Shown piece by piece: positions 24,200 to 36,870 of a stretch of 64,000 bases of DNA. The notes beneath the pieces were generated by a model that worked only from the letters and a program-made list of their open reading frames with translations, was not told the origin of the DNA and made no database searches. Position numbers and translations under genes: made by a program. How positions within the stretch are numbered: position 1 is the stretch's first letter; every line of letters begins with the position of its first letter. Source of the DNA: Hemiscyllium ocellatum (lineage: Eukaryota); the NCBI RefSeq assembly GCF_020745735.1, contig NC_083409.1, positions 5,755,534 through 5,819,533 on the forward strand, in the 5' to 3' direction.

Positions 24200-24690
24200 A
24201 TGCTAACCAGTTATTCTAAATTAATCGAGTCCCATTTGCCAGTCATTGGTTCATATCCCTCTGAATCCTTTCTATTCATATAGCCATCCAGATGCCTTTT
24301 AAATGCAGTAAGTCTAATAGCGTCCACCATTTCCTCTGGCAGCTCAATCCATGCATGCACCACCTTCTGCATGAAAAAGTTGTGTCTTAGATCCCTACCG
24401 TTTGCTTCCTCTCTCACCTTAAACCTATGCCCTCTAGTTGTGGACTTACAAACCCTGGGAAAAAGATCTTGGCTATTCACCTTATCGAAGCCCCTAATGA
24501 TGTTATAAACCTCTATAAATTCACCCATCAGCCTCCACCGCTCAGAGGAAAATAACCCCAGTATATTAAGCCTCTCCCTACAGCTCAAATCCTCCAACCC
24601 CGGCTACACTGTTACAACTCTTTTTTGCCCCTTTCAAGTTGAACAACATTGTTCCTGTTGCAAGAAGACCAGAACAGAGCTCTGTATTCT
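24200..24690 (-). mobile_element. CR1-type 3' fragment
   Basis: ORF 24211-24597: EDLSCRERLNILGLFSSE...TRGHRFKV...WIELPEE. Confidence 0.85.
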
Positions 24691-24699
24691 CAAGGTGTG

Positions 24700-27600
24700 C
24701 TCACCAATGGCCACTTTGGGGTCAGCCAGAACATGGCAGCCAGAACTCTCTCATTTTGTGGGAACGAGAGAGACTCACGATTGATGTGTTAACTCCCAAG
24801 TTCCAGAGTTTGTGAAGTCTCTGATCATGTTTTTGGGATCCTTGAGGGGGAGGGGGAGCAGCCCCAAGTCATAGTCCACAGAGGCACCAACCACATAGGT
24901 AGGAAGAAAGCTGTGGGATTTAAGTCAGAAATTCAGGGAACTAGGGTAGAAGCTTAGAGGTAGAAGAAACAGAGTTGTTACTTCTGGTTTCTTGCCCTTG
25001 CGACGTGCTCGTGAAGAGCAGAGCTGCAGGGGTGGTGCAGGAGGGGAGGCTTTGGATTCTTGGATAATTGGAGCTAATTCTGGGTAAATTGGGACCTCTA
25101 CCAACAGGATGGTCTTCACCTGAACCAGAGGGGTCCCGATATCCTAGGGGTTAGAATTTGATAATGCTCTTCGGGGGAGTTTAAACTAATGTTGCAGACG
25201 GGTGGGAACCTGAATTGTAGTCCCAGTGTACAGGAGGTTGAGGGTCGTGAGATCAGGAATAGGTTTACAAGGTTGCGAGAGGGCACCAGCAATCAGGGTG
25301 TTGGTTTGAAATGTGTGTGCTCCAACGCCAAGAGCATCCAGAATAAGGTGGGTGAACTTGCAGCATGGATTGTTCCCTGGGATTTCATACTGTGGCCATT
25401 TCAGAGACATGGTTAGAGGACGGTTAGAAATGGTTGTTGCATGTTCCGAGATTTAGATGTTTAAGCCATGATGGTAACAGAGGAAGGGGTGTGGCATTGT
25501 TGATCATGGGTTGTATTACAGCAGCTGAGATAACATGTGAGGACTCATCCACAGAGGTAGCTTGGGCTGATGTTAGAAACAGGAAAGGTAAGGTCACCCT
25601 ATTGAAAGTTTTCCATAGACCTCCAAATTGTTCCACGTATGTAGTGGAAAGGGTGGCCAAGAAGATTCTCGGTAGGAGTGAGTTTAACAGGGTAGTTGTT
25701 ATGGGGGACTTTAACTTCCCCAACATTGACAGGGAATACTATAATTCAAGTAGTTTAGATGGGTAAATTTTTGTTCAATGTGTAGATGAGGGTTTTATGA
25801 ACACAGTATATAGACAGGCCAATAATGGGTGATGCCATATTGGATTTGGTACTGGGGAATGAACCCGGTCAGGTGTTAGAATTGGAGGTAAGGGAGCATT
25901 TTGGCGCTAGTCACCACATTTCAGTTATGGTTAAAATGCCAATGGGCAGGGATAGGTGTATATTGCAGGGAAAGATGTATAACTGGGGAAAAGGCAATTA
26001 TGATGTGATTAGGCAAGATGTAGGATACATTGGATGGGGAAGTAAACTGCAGGGGATGGACATACTTGAAAATTGGAGCTTATTCAAGGAACAGCTATTG
26101 TGCGTCATTGATAAGTATATACCTTTCAGTCAGGGAGGTAGTTGTCGAGAGAGGAAACTATGGTTTACTAAAGAAGTTGAAGCTCTTGTCACGAGGGGTA
26201 AGGTGGCTTATGTGAGGATGAGGCGTGAACACTCAATTAAGGGGCTTGAGAGTTAGAAGTTAGCCAAAAAGATCTAAAGACGGGTCTGAGAAGAGCCAGG
26301 AGGGAACATGAGAAATTGTTGGCAGATAGGATGAAGGAAGACGGGAAGGCCTTCCATAGGTGTATCAGGAATAAAAGAATGATCCGAGTAAGATTGGAGC
26401 CAATCAAAGATAGTAGTGGGAAGTTGTGTGTGGAAGCTGAGGATATTGGGGAAGCGCTCAATGAATACTTATCATCAGCATTCACATGGGAAAAGGGCAA
26501 TGTTACTGAGAATAGGGAGTTACAGCGTACTAGATTAGATGGAATTGTGGTTGACAACAAGGAGGTTTCCGCAATGTTGGAAGATCTGAAAACAAATAAG
26601 ACCTCTGGGCCGGATAGGATTTACCTCGGATTTTCTGTGAAGCCAGGAGGAGATTGCAGAGGCTTTGACTTTGATCTTTACGCCATCATTGTGGATAGGA
26701 ATTATGCCAGAAGATTGGAGAATGACAAACGTTGTTCCCTTGTATAGCAAGGGGAGTTTAATAATTATATGCCAGCGAGCCTTACTTTGGTTGTGGGTAA
26801 GGCGTTGGAACAGATTACAAGAGATAGGATTTATAATCATCAGGATTTATAGTCAACACGGATTTTTGAAGGATAGGTCATGCCTAACTAACCTTATTGA
26901 GTCCTTTGACAAGGTGACAAAAAGAGTGAATGAAGGTAAAATGGTTCTTGTGGTGTATGTGGACTTCAGTAAGGCATTTTATAAGGTTCCATACGATAGG
27001 CTATTTCACAAAATACGGAGCTTCAGGATTGATGGTGATTTAATGAATTGGATCAGAAATTGTCAAGCTAAAAGAAGACAGAGGGTGGTTGTTGATGGGA
27101 AATGTTCATCCTGGAGCTTAGTAACCGGTGGTGTGCTGCAATGTTCTATATGGAGGCCACTGCTGTTTGTCAGTTTGATAAATGATCTGGATCTGGGTAT
27201 AGAAGGATGGGTTAATAACTTTGCGGATGACACTAAGGTAGGCAGAGTTGTAGATAGTGCCAAAGCATGATGTGGGTTACAGAGGGACATAGATAAGATG
27301 CAGAGCTGTGTTGAGAAGTGGCAAATTGAATTTAATGCAGAAAAGTGTTAGGTAGTTCACTTCGAAAGAGATAACAGGAATGCAGAGTACGGGGGTGATG
27401 GTAAAATTCCTAGCAGTGTATATGAAAAGAGCAATCTCGATGACCAGGTGCATAAATCGCTGAAGGTTACCACCCAGGTTGATACGGTTGTTAAGAAGGG
27501 ACATGGTGGGCTGGTGTTTATTGGTAGGGGGATTAAATTTCGGAGCCACGATGTCATGTTTCAGCTGTATAAGACATTGGTCAGTCCACACCTGGAGTAT

Positions 27601-27750
27601 TGCATACAGTTCTTGTCATCACATTATAGGAAGGAGGTGGAAGCTTTGGAAAAAATTCAGAGGAGATTTGAAAGGATGTTGCATGGTATGGCGGGAAGGT
27701 CTTTCGAGGAAAGGCTGAGGGAACTGAGGCTGTTTTCATTGGAGAGATGA
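24700..27750 (+). mobile_element. CR1-type LINE (ORF1 remnant + ORF2 endonuclease/RT), frameshifted; antisense in the RNase L-like intron
   Basis: LKCVCSNAKSIQNKVGELAAWI, MGDFNFPNID, ILDLVLGNEPGQV, FADDTK, LVSPHLEYC. Confidence 0.9.
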
Positions 27751-27869
27751 AGGCTGATTTGTCCCTTAGCAAAATGAAAAGCCTGACAATTATCTAAATA
27801 AACCCCATCTCCCACTCCTTGCCCATTGGTCATTTGATCAAGCTTTGATCGTATATTATAAACCTAAGC

Positions 27870-28440
27870 ATCTATAAGGCATTTGTTTGACCACATCTGG
27901 GGGATTGTCTCTCCTTGTTTGAGGAAAGATGTAGTGGCACTGGAGGCTGTTCAGAGGATGTTCACCAGACTGATTCCAGAGATGAAATGGCTGTCCTACG
28001 AGGAGCAGGTAAAGAGCTTGGGCTTGTACTCGCAGGATTTCAAAAGAATGAGGAGAGATCGGATGGAGGGAGAGAAAAAATGTGAAAGGAGATTGATAAG
28101 GTGGACTTTGAATGGATGCTCCCCTTTGTGGGACAGTCTAGAACAAGAGATCATCAATATAGAGTGAGGGGAGTTGGGTTCAAATCCAAGATGATGAGAA
28201 ACTACATCTCCCAGAGGGTTGTGAATCTGTGGAACTCAATTCCCCAGAGTGCAGTGGAGGCAGAATCAAACAACACGTTCAAGAAAGATGTGTTTATGAT
28301 GAAAAGTGTGATAAAGAGCGATGGGGAGCAGGCGGGAGAGTGGAGTTGAGACCAGGATAAGATCAGCCACGGTCATGTTAAATGGCGGAGCGGGGTCGAA
28401 GTGCTGAATTGCCCCCTCCCGCTTCTAATTCATATGTTGA
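27870..28440 (+). mobile_element. CR1-type 3' fragment
   Basis: LRKDVVALEAVQRMFTRLIPEMKWLSYEE and QRVVNLWNSIPQ. Confidence 0.8.
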
Positions 28441-29994
28441 GCACACAGTCAAGGCTGACACTGCAAAACTGTGGGACCTGTTGTCTTTCAGGTGAGATAC
28501 AAAACAGGGTCCTGCCACAATACATCGAACTGCATTACTTCCCCCAGTGACAAGTGCTGGAATTTGAAATCAAATCACAAAGCAAGCCTTATTAATTGTG
28601 ACCACGATAATGGGCCCTGATTGCTGTCCAGCCTCAGCCTTACCCAGTCTGAGTAATGTGACTCCAGCCTCTTCTGAAAAGCCACAGCAAGGCGAAAAGT
28701 TCAAGGGCAATTAGCCTTGTGTAACAAATACTGATCTGTGCTAGTTACACCCACCTCCCAGAAAACAGAATGCAACAGAGATTGGTGTCAGCCAAAATTG
28801 TCAGATCAGACTCCAAATGTGATGGGGAAATGTTTAAAAATGAATTCAGCTCAGTACGGGACATGTCCCTACTTGTTCATTCATCATCACTGACAAAATA
28901 AGTGAGAGAAAGCAGAAAACTAAAGGCGAGAACACTCAAATGTGGGAATATCAGTGAGAATTCAGGCAACGGAAGGAAAATATGAAGAACTGCAAAGGCA
29001 GACAAAAAAGAAGTTACAGGAAGTGATGGATAAAGAGACCTGCAAGGGGTCACAAGAATAACAAAAATGTTATACACGAAAATTAAAAAAATCAAGGGGG
29101 CTCCAGTGCAATGTGAGCCCTTTAAAAACAAACTGGGAATTCCATGAATGAGACTAGGGGAATGGCTGATATGTACAACAATTAGTTGTGTCAGTTTTCA
29201 CAGTCAAGGAATGGGATAATGCAGCTTCCATTCCAGGAAGGTTAGTAATGAATTGAAGATTGAAATTCGCAAGACTTGATAAGTGCCAGAAAACAGCATT
29301 GGAAAGCGAGCAGCTCTAAATGTTGACAGATCTCGAGGACCTCAGGGGTTTAAAGGAAGGGGAGGTTGAAGTTTCAGAAGCTTTTCCCATCAGGTTCCAT
29401 AGCAGCAACCATTCCTTTACTTTAGAAATTATCCTGCTGTAACCCTACGCGTTCAAGAAAGATGAGAGAGGGAACTGAAGAAATTATATAATGATCAATC
29501 TAACATCTCTTTTGAGGATTTCATTGCAATATATCATTAACAGCCGAGAGAATGAACATATAGAGAATTGGAAATAACCCTCATAGATCTGTGACGGCTA
29601 GGTTCTGACTAACAACGCAAATGCATTAAATAAAGTAGTTGATCTGACTTAAAGGCTTATTTACTTTCAAAAGAACGAGCTAATCTTCCACAAAACAGGA
29701 TGCTGACCAAAGCTAAAATCCATGAGGGTGAAGATCAATGTTTGACTTTGTCCAGAGGCTGGGTTAGTGACAGACAGCAGAGAAAGAAAGTGACGAGTGG
29801 TGTTCCACAAGGATTCTGTGGTCAGGCCTTAACTACCTATTGTATGTATTAATGAAAATCATAGTTCCAGATTGACACAAAGACTGATGGAATAGTAAGA
29901 GGTGAAGATGGTGTTTTTGTTTAAAATTCACTCTGAGGACATGCGTGTTGCTGTCTGGGCCAGCATTTATTGCACATTCCTAGTTGCCCTTGAG

Positions 29995-30328
29995 AATCAT
30001 AGAATCATTGTATGTTGTGGAAGCAGGCCATTCAGTCGATCAACTTCATACCAATCCACCAAACAGCGTTCCATCTAGATAAGCCCCATTCCTGTAATGC
30101 TGCACTTCCCATGTCTATTTCCACCCTGCCTGCACATCCCTGGATACGACGTGCAATTTAGCATGTCTAATCCACCAACCTAAACATCTGTGGATTGCGT
30201 GGAGGAAACTCACTCAGACATCGGGAAAATATACAAACTCCACACAGACAGTTGTCCCAGGATGGATTTGAACCCAGGTCCCTGCCGTTGTGAGGGAGCA
30301 GCATTAACCACTGACCCACAATGCTGCC
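29995..30328 (-). mobile_element. HE1/V-SINE-type SINE (counterpart of 4742-5075)
   Basis: caaactccacacagacag...cagcattaaccactgacccac. Confidence 0.75.
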
Positions 30329-30861
30329 CTTTGCAAGGTGGTGGTGAGCTGTCTTCTTGAACCGCTGCAGTCCATGTGCTGTAGATCAACCCACAATTCC
30401 CCACAGGAGGGAAGTCCAGGATTTTGACCCTGCGACCCTGAAGGAACAATAATATATTTTCAAATCAGGATGCTATGTAGATTAGAGTGGAACATATAGG
30501 TGGCTGGTGTTCTGTGTATCTGCCTCCCTTGTCCTTCTAGATGGAAATGGTCGCGGGTTTGGAAGGTGCTGTCTCATGAGACTTGGTGAATTCTTGCAGT
30601 GCATCTTGTTGATTGTGCACACCGTTGCTGCTGAGTATTGGTGGAGGAGGGAATGAATGTTTGTACATATTGTACTAATCAAGCAGGCTGCTTTGTACTG
30701 GATGATATCAAGATTCTTGACTGTATTTGGAGCTGCACCCATCGAGGCATGTGGGGAGTGATCCATCACATTCCTATCCAAAGCTTGACTGATCTTTTTA
30801 AAATTCATTTACAGGATTGGGCATCACATGGTATGCCAACATTTCTTGCCCTAAATCACGT

Positions 30862-31140
30862 GGGGTGGCATAGAGACTAGCACTGCTGCCTCACAGCGCA
30901 GGGTCCTGAGTTTGATTCCACCCTTGGGCAGCTGTTTTTGTGACGTTTACACATTCTGGCTGTGCCTGCTTGGGTTCCCTCCAGGTGCACTGGTTTCCTC
31001 CCACAGTCCAAACATTGTGTGATAGGTGGAATGGCCATTGGAAATACATGGTAAAAGAGGAGTGGGTCTGGGTTGGATGCATTTTGAAGAGGCGATATGG
31101 GCTGAATGACCTGTTTCCACATTGTCGGGATTCTATTGAT
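30862..31140 (+). mobile_element. HE1/V-SINE-type SINE (counterpart of 3975-4215)
   Basis: tagcactgctgcctcacagcg...ggtttcctcccacagtccaaa. Confidence 0.78.
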
Positions 31141-31484
31141 TTCTTCACTCAGAGAGTGATGAATTTTTGGAACACTCATCCCAAGGTATTTAGTCGATAC
31201 TTAGTCATTTGAAAAAAATCAAGATAGAGATCACCCACGTGTGGGGAGGCAATGGCCTAGTGGTATCATCACGTAATTTTTAATCCAGCCAGCCAAGTCA
31301 TGTTCTCGGGGACCTGAGTTGAAATCCTAACAAAGGCACGGAGTGGAATTTAAATTTTAAAAACCCTCAAATTAAGTGTCTAATGATGACAATTGTTTGG
31401 GCAGAGTCCCGTCGAACCCATTCATGTCCTTTAGCCCGCTGTCATACTAACTGACATATCACTCCAGACCCACAGCAATGAAGA

Positions 31485-31772
31485 ATCATCAAATCCCGAC
31501 TGTGTGGAAGAAGGCTGTTCAGCCCATCAAGGCAAAGCAGCATCTCACCCGCGGCCACCTCCCTCTCCTATCCCTGGAGCCTTACACTCCCCATGGCCGA
31601 TCTACTTAACCTGCACATGTTTGGGCTGAGAGAGGAACCACCCCCCCCCCCCACCCCGCAGACATGAATCCAGGGGAGAACATGAAAATTCCACGCAGAC
31701 AGTTGCCTGAGGGTGGAATCGAACGCAGATCCCTCGTATTGTCTGGCAGTGGTGCTAGCCACTGTGATACCC
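31485..31772 (-). mobile_element. HE1/V-SINE-type SINE (counterpart of 3068-3335)
   Basis: acttaacctgcacatgttt...gacagttgcctgagggtggaatcgaac. Confidence 0.72.
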
Positions 31773-32015
31773 ATTCCATACTGGAGATTGAAACGTCTAA
31801 CCCGTTATTCCCAGACTGGGACTCTGCTTTAGAATTCCCAAGTAGATTCTTCCAAAGTCTACCCTGCCAACCCGTCACATGAACTGTTGCTCGGTTTCAT
31901 CATCTCAGTAAGAGTTTTAAGGAGGGAAGGAGAAAGAAAGACTATTTTCTGCTTTGAGTCAATGCTAAAAGTTGAAAACGCTGGAAAATATTGCCACCAA
32001 CTATTGTTCACATAC

Positions 32016-32140
32016 TCTTTCTGTTCATCAAAGTGCTGGATGAGGTTCCTTATGCATTTCAGGAGGTCACTGGTGGTGTCCTTATATTCTTTATTCTTGT
32101 CTTGTCTCTTGTTAGTGTCATTTAGGAGAACAGAGTCAAC
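32016..32140 (-). CDS. RNASEL: RNase L-like KEN (ribonuclease) exon, open with canonical splice sites; functional status uncertain
   Basis: Acceptor ttcatttccttctag, 125 nt (phase 0 to phase 2), donor GTATGT. Reads VDSVLLNDTNKRQDKNKEYKDTTSDLLKCIRNLIQHFDEQK(E); cf. recalled human [23 protein letters not shown]. Confidence 0.85.
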
Positions 32141-32929
32141 CTAGAAGGAAATGAACAACAGAGTTTGTTTTCTCTGTTGCTTGAATTCACCTTGCTTGCT
32201 CCACTGATCACCTGAAGAAGGGGCGAGGCTTGTGTCCTGTAATAAACCTGTTGCACTATAACCTGGTGTCGTATGATTTTTGACCTTGGGGATTCCTGGA
32301 TACAAGGTGTTCAGTAAAGATAGGAAAGAGGGAAAACTGGGAGAAGTGGTGGGATGTTCTGGAGCCAGACAGTGCTGACCAACCTTAGGCCCTGAGATAT
32401 GATGGAGATGAAGGGTGAACTCTGCTGGGCTTTAACTCAGTGTAACCAGAGTAAAACAGGGATTATCCATTTCACACGAAAGGAAATGGAACTAACAAAC
32501 CAGGTACGTGTGAAACACACATTTTGTCCCCGAAGGTTGGGGAGGGGGTGAGGGATCAAGAACGGGCACACTCTCAGATGGAAAGGATGCTAAAAACGGC
32601 ATCACCTCCAGAGTGAAGGGTGGTGTGGCATAGTGACAGCGATACCCCCCAGAGAATGGGGAAAGAAACACTGACACATTTAAAACTGTATTGTCACAAG
32701 TGAGAATTCAAACAGCCACTCATTCCGTCATACGGCGTTGAATGATGCAGTGTCCTCATCAAAGCATGTTTGCAAAACTCGTCGTAACACATAAGGGGAG
32801 AGAAACATCGAAAATTGTATTTTCACCAGTGAGAGTCCATTTAAAACTTGGACCATGATGTTAAATGTTCCCAGTCTTAAACAATACAGGTGTATTTACA
32901 TCATTATTCTTATTAAACAATATTAAAAC

Positions 32930-33070
32930 ATCGGCCAAATATTTTCCTGCACACAGTGTATTTAAACTATCGAGAAGTTTTCTGCATTGCTTGTTTGATC
33001 AGTGACGTAGCAAGGAAGCAGCAGCTGCCCCATGAACTCCAACAAAAGAATGAGAACAGGCTCTTCATCC
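32930..33070 (-). pseudogene. Degenerate RNase L/IRE1-like kinase-to-KEN linker exon relic (arm B)
   Basis: With frameshifts reads H-S-F-x-W-S-S-W-G-S-C-C-F-L-A-x-V-T-D-Q-T-S-N-A-E-[fs]-K-L-L-D-S-L-N-T-L-C-A-G-K-Y-L-A-D. W-to-VxD spacing equals that in IRE1/RNase L. No clear donor. Confidence 0.4.
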
Positions 33071-33119
33071 GGAGTTTACTCCCGAGAATCCAATTCAACA
33101 GCAGGGATCAAAGAACAAG

Positions 33120-34250
33120 GAACAATACAACACAGGAACAGGCCATTCGACCCTACAAGGCTCTGCTGACACATTTTGCCCTTCCATACTGAAACTACCT
33201 ATTCCCTTCCTATTCATGCATTAATGCAGGTATATCTTGAATACTTATATTGTGTCTGCTTCCACCCCGTCTTCTGGCAGTGTGTTCCAGGCACTCAACT
33301 TCCTTTGTGTGAAATACTAACCTCGCACATCTCTTTTAAATTCCCCCCTCCCCCCGCACCTTGAACCTCTGTCCCCGAGTAAGTGACCCCTCCATCCTGG
33401 GAAAAAGCCTCATATTTTCCATTGTACCTATTCCATTCAAAACTTAATAAACTTCTATCAGGTCACACCTAATTTTCCCTCACTCTGGTGAAAACAACCG
33501 CCGTCTCTCCAACCTTTATTCAGAACTAAAATCCCCCATACCAGACAATATCCAGGTAAAGATTTTCTGCACCATCTTCAAAACATCCACGTCCTTCAGA
33601 TGGTGTGGTGACCAGAACTCTCTACAATATTCCAAGTGTGGCCGAACTAATGTTCGATAAAGCTGCAGCATAACTTGTCTATCCTTATACTCAATGCCCT
33701 TTCCAATGAAGGCAAGCAGGCCATACCTCACTGTGCTTCCACCTTCAGTGATCTGTGAACTACACATCCAGATGCCTCTGCATATCAATACTCCAAATGA
33801 TTCTGCCATTCAATGTATAATTCCCACCTGTACATCACTTTCAAAGTGCATCACCTCACATTTGTCTGGATTAAACTACATCTGCCATTTTTCTGTCCAT
33901 GCATCCAACTGATCTATATCCTGCTGTATCCTCTGACAATCCTTCTCATTATCTCTACCTCTCTGTCAATCTTTGTATCAACTGTACACTTTTTAATTAG
34001 ACTAGCTACACTTTCCTCCAAATCATTTATGTACACCATATACAGCAGAGTTCCCACCACTGATCCCTGTGGGACACTAGGAATCACAACCCTCCATTCT
34101 GAATACCATACTCCCATCACTGCCCCCGTCTCCTCTGTCTCAGCCAGTTCTGTATCAAATGGTGTGAACATTTTAGACAAGACACCTTGTCGCCAGATCC
34201 TTACTGCAACTTGATCCAGTTCATTCAGAAAGACAAAGTACAAATTGCAG
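33120..34250 (-). mobile_element. CR1-type LINE 3' fragment (counterpart of 60-1170)
   Basis: VPQGSVVGTLLYMVYINDLE and QLYRTLVRPHLEYC on the minus strand. Confidence 0.85.
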
Positions 34251-35138
34251 ATTGGAGAACTGGCCCCTACACCTGGGACAGAGGCAGGGGCCCAACCTCA
34301 AACACACTGGCCTCACTTCACACCAAACTTCACACAGAGTGAGGTCATGCCCTCCAGCCATCAATTCCTCTGGGACTGGGACGGAGTGAGTGAATAGGGA
34401 CAATGTCAAAGAGTCAATAAAGAGTAAAACAAGATGGAGAGATTGTGTTGGAAAGTGCTTGATGTAGGAAACATTCTTTGTGATACACAATACTGACATA
34501 ATCCATGCTTATCACAGAATGAACAAAATAGCACACCGTGAAGACAATCAAAAGTCTCATCAAAGCGCTTTGTTTTTGAAAATCTATAGCATGCAGGACT
34601 TCTTCATTGTGGTGTGATCAGTATCACGGTCCGAAGATCTTCGCAGAGCCCCAGTTTGTTTGTACTGTTCAGTAATGGGGGGATACCGATGGGGGCGCTG
34701 GGGTAATCTTGATGAAGGAGCAATGCGTTGAAAACTTGTGATTTCAAATGAACCTGTTGGGCTAGACCCTGGTGTTGTGTGACTTCCGACTTTGTATTGT
34801 TTGGGCACAGTGAAATAGTTGCCTTCGCATAACTATAGAGTACTTGCATTGCAACTGCGGATTATGGGTAACGACTCCATCCATTGGCCATGTACAAACC
34901 CGTCGTCACTCCAGTGGATTCCAACCTGTCAGTTGCTTCCGAGATCTTACTTGATTCACCACCACTCTCTCCAGGGCAATTAGGGAAGGGCAACAAATAA
35001 CCAACACAACAACGCCCACCCCATCTCAGGAGATATCAAAATAAATGGCATATAATTCAAATGATCAAACTGGTGAGGCTTGAATTCATCTCTTTGAAAG
35101 ACTGGAGTCTCGGCCAGAAATAGAGCCATGACATGAGT

Positions 35139-35785
35139 TGTGAGATTTAGATTTGCTTTATTATGCAACAAGAAGCTATTAAGATGTGCATGGTACCCTA
35201 GACATTTAATATACAACCAAACTAAATATGTGGTATGTCTTGCTACTTTATTTTATATATACTGGCTGTTTTATTTTAAGGAAATGTTAACGTTTGGGCT
35301 AATTTACGTAAAGATTGATCTTCTAACGATCAGTATTGCAATGTAAGCAGTTAGTAGGAAAAACAAGCTAGCTGGGGGCAAGGGGTCAGCTTTGAAAAAT
35401 AACGAAACCTTGAGCGAGACAATACTTCTGCTAATATGGTGCAAAAACAACCAGATAAGAGTACAAGGTGCGAGACGGTTGCTAAGTTCAAGGGCTGAAA
35501 ATATCATTAGACAGGGAAGTGGGTTATGCGGCTGGAGTTCGAGACAATGAGGACATGATCATATGCTTTCTCTGTAAGAAATGAGATCATTGTAAACCAA
35601 TGACCCTCGTGACCTCTAGGGGCCATAGGGGAGGCTCTAAATTGCTATATAAGAAAGATCGCTGTAATGCTTGGGTACGCTTTTCTTTGGGAAGGCGTCC
35701 AATTCTGCAGAATTTGTTAATAAAATCTTTGTTCTCTTGAATTTGTCCAGAGCAATTATTTAGAAGTGAATTTACATTTCTAACA
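35139..35785 (+). mobile_element. Solo LTR (647 bp) with 5-bp target-site duplication TGAGT
   Basis: TG...CA termini; TGAGT at 35134-35138 and 35786-35790; CCAAT 35597, TATATAA 35646 and AATAAA 35719 in promoter-to-polyA order. Confidence 0.85.
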
Positions 35786-36539
35786 TGAGTGAACCTGATT
35801 TGTCGGACAGGAAGGTGGAGTGTCCTTCAGATTGACACTGGGATCATCAAAAAATGAATTACACTCAAAGATCTAACAAACCGCTCTCAAAGCTTGCCCC
35901 CGAACTGCAGTGAACAGTACTTCAGACTTCGCGTCCCCATCTCTGTCCTGACTTGTTGCCCTTCCTCAACTGTCCTGCAGAGGGCGGTGGTGAGCCATGA
36001 GTTTCTCGAAGACAATCTGACAGAGGGACAGGGTCATGTCCTCGGCCTGAGCACAATTGCCTAATCTGCTGCGCTTTCCCAGTGCCACACTTTTCGAATC
36101 CGAGCACAGCTATCCCTCAGAAGAATGAGCTGCGGCACAAGAGGAAACGCGGGAGTGTTGGAAATGCACCGGTGTAGCCTGGTCAGCCTGCAGAAGGGCA
36201 CAAACAGATTTGATGAATGAGCTGATATCCTCCCGAACTGAGATACAAACTCAAAATTTCAGAGTCACACAGTTGACATTGTTATTGACCGTGGCACCAT
36301 GGGCAATGTTCCTGCCTCATAGTCAAAATGGTCATCGGATTGAAAGCCACCTCAGAAATGAGAGCACAGAATCCAGGATGAGACTGTGGTGCACTGCTGA
36401 AAGTTGCACAGTCTCTTGCACCATCATTTGTGGCTCCACCACCACCACACCCTGACCACACCCATCCCCACCTCAGGGGTTCGACAAGATCTCCATTCTG
36501 AAGAGATCCCCTCAAGTATCCTGCTCAAAGGTCTTTGGT

Positions 36540-36870
36540 ATGCTATCTTTTATTCGTCAGAGTATTGAGTACAGGAGTTGGGAAGTCATGTTGCAGGTGT
36601 ACAGGCGATTGGTTCGGCCACTGTTGGAATATTGCATGCAATTCTTCTCTCTTCCGATCGGAAAGATGTTGTGAAACTTGAAAGTGTTCAGGAAAGATTT
36701 ACAAGGATGCTGCCAGGTTTGGAGGATTTGAGTTACAAGGAGAGGCTGGACAGGCTGGGGCTGTTTTTCCTGGAGCATCGGAGGCTGAGAGGTGACCTGA
36801 GATAGTTTACAAAATTATGAGGGGCATGGATAGGGTAAATAGACAAAGTCTTTTTCCCTGGGGTCGTGGA
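36540..36870 (+). mobile_element. CR1-type 3' fragment
   Basis: RKDVVKLESVQERFTRMLPGLEDLSYKERLDRLGLF. Confidence 0.85.

Larger units (their letters stand above)
28540..34305 (-). repeat. Arm B of the inverted segmental duplication (partner 1-6559)
   Basis: Reverse-complement collinear match to arm A, including shared SINE, CR1 and L2 insertions. Confidence 0.9.

Noticed and set aside
3807-34812. Scattered CACAGTG/CACTGTG heptamers as RSSs
   Set aside because: None of those checked has an ACAAAAACC-like nonamer at 12 or 23 bp spacing.
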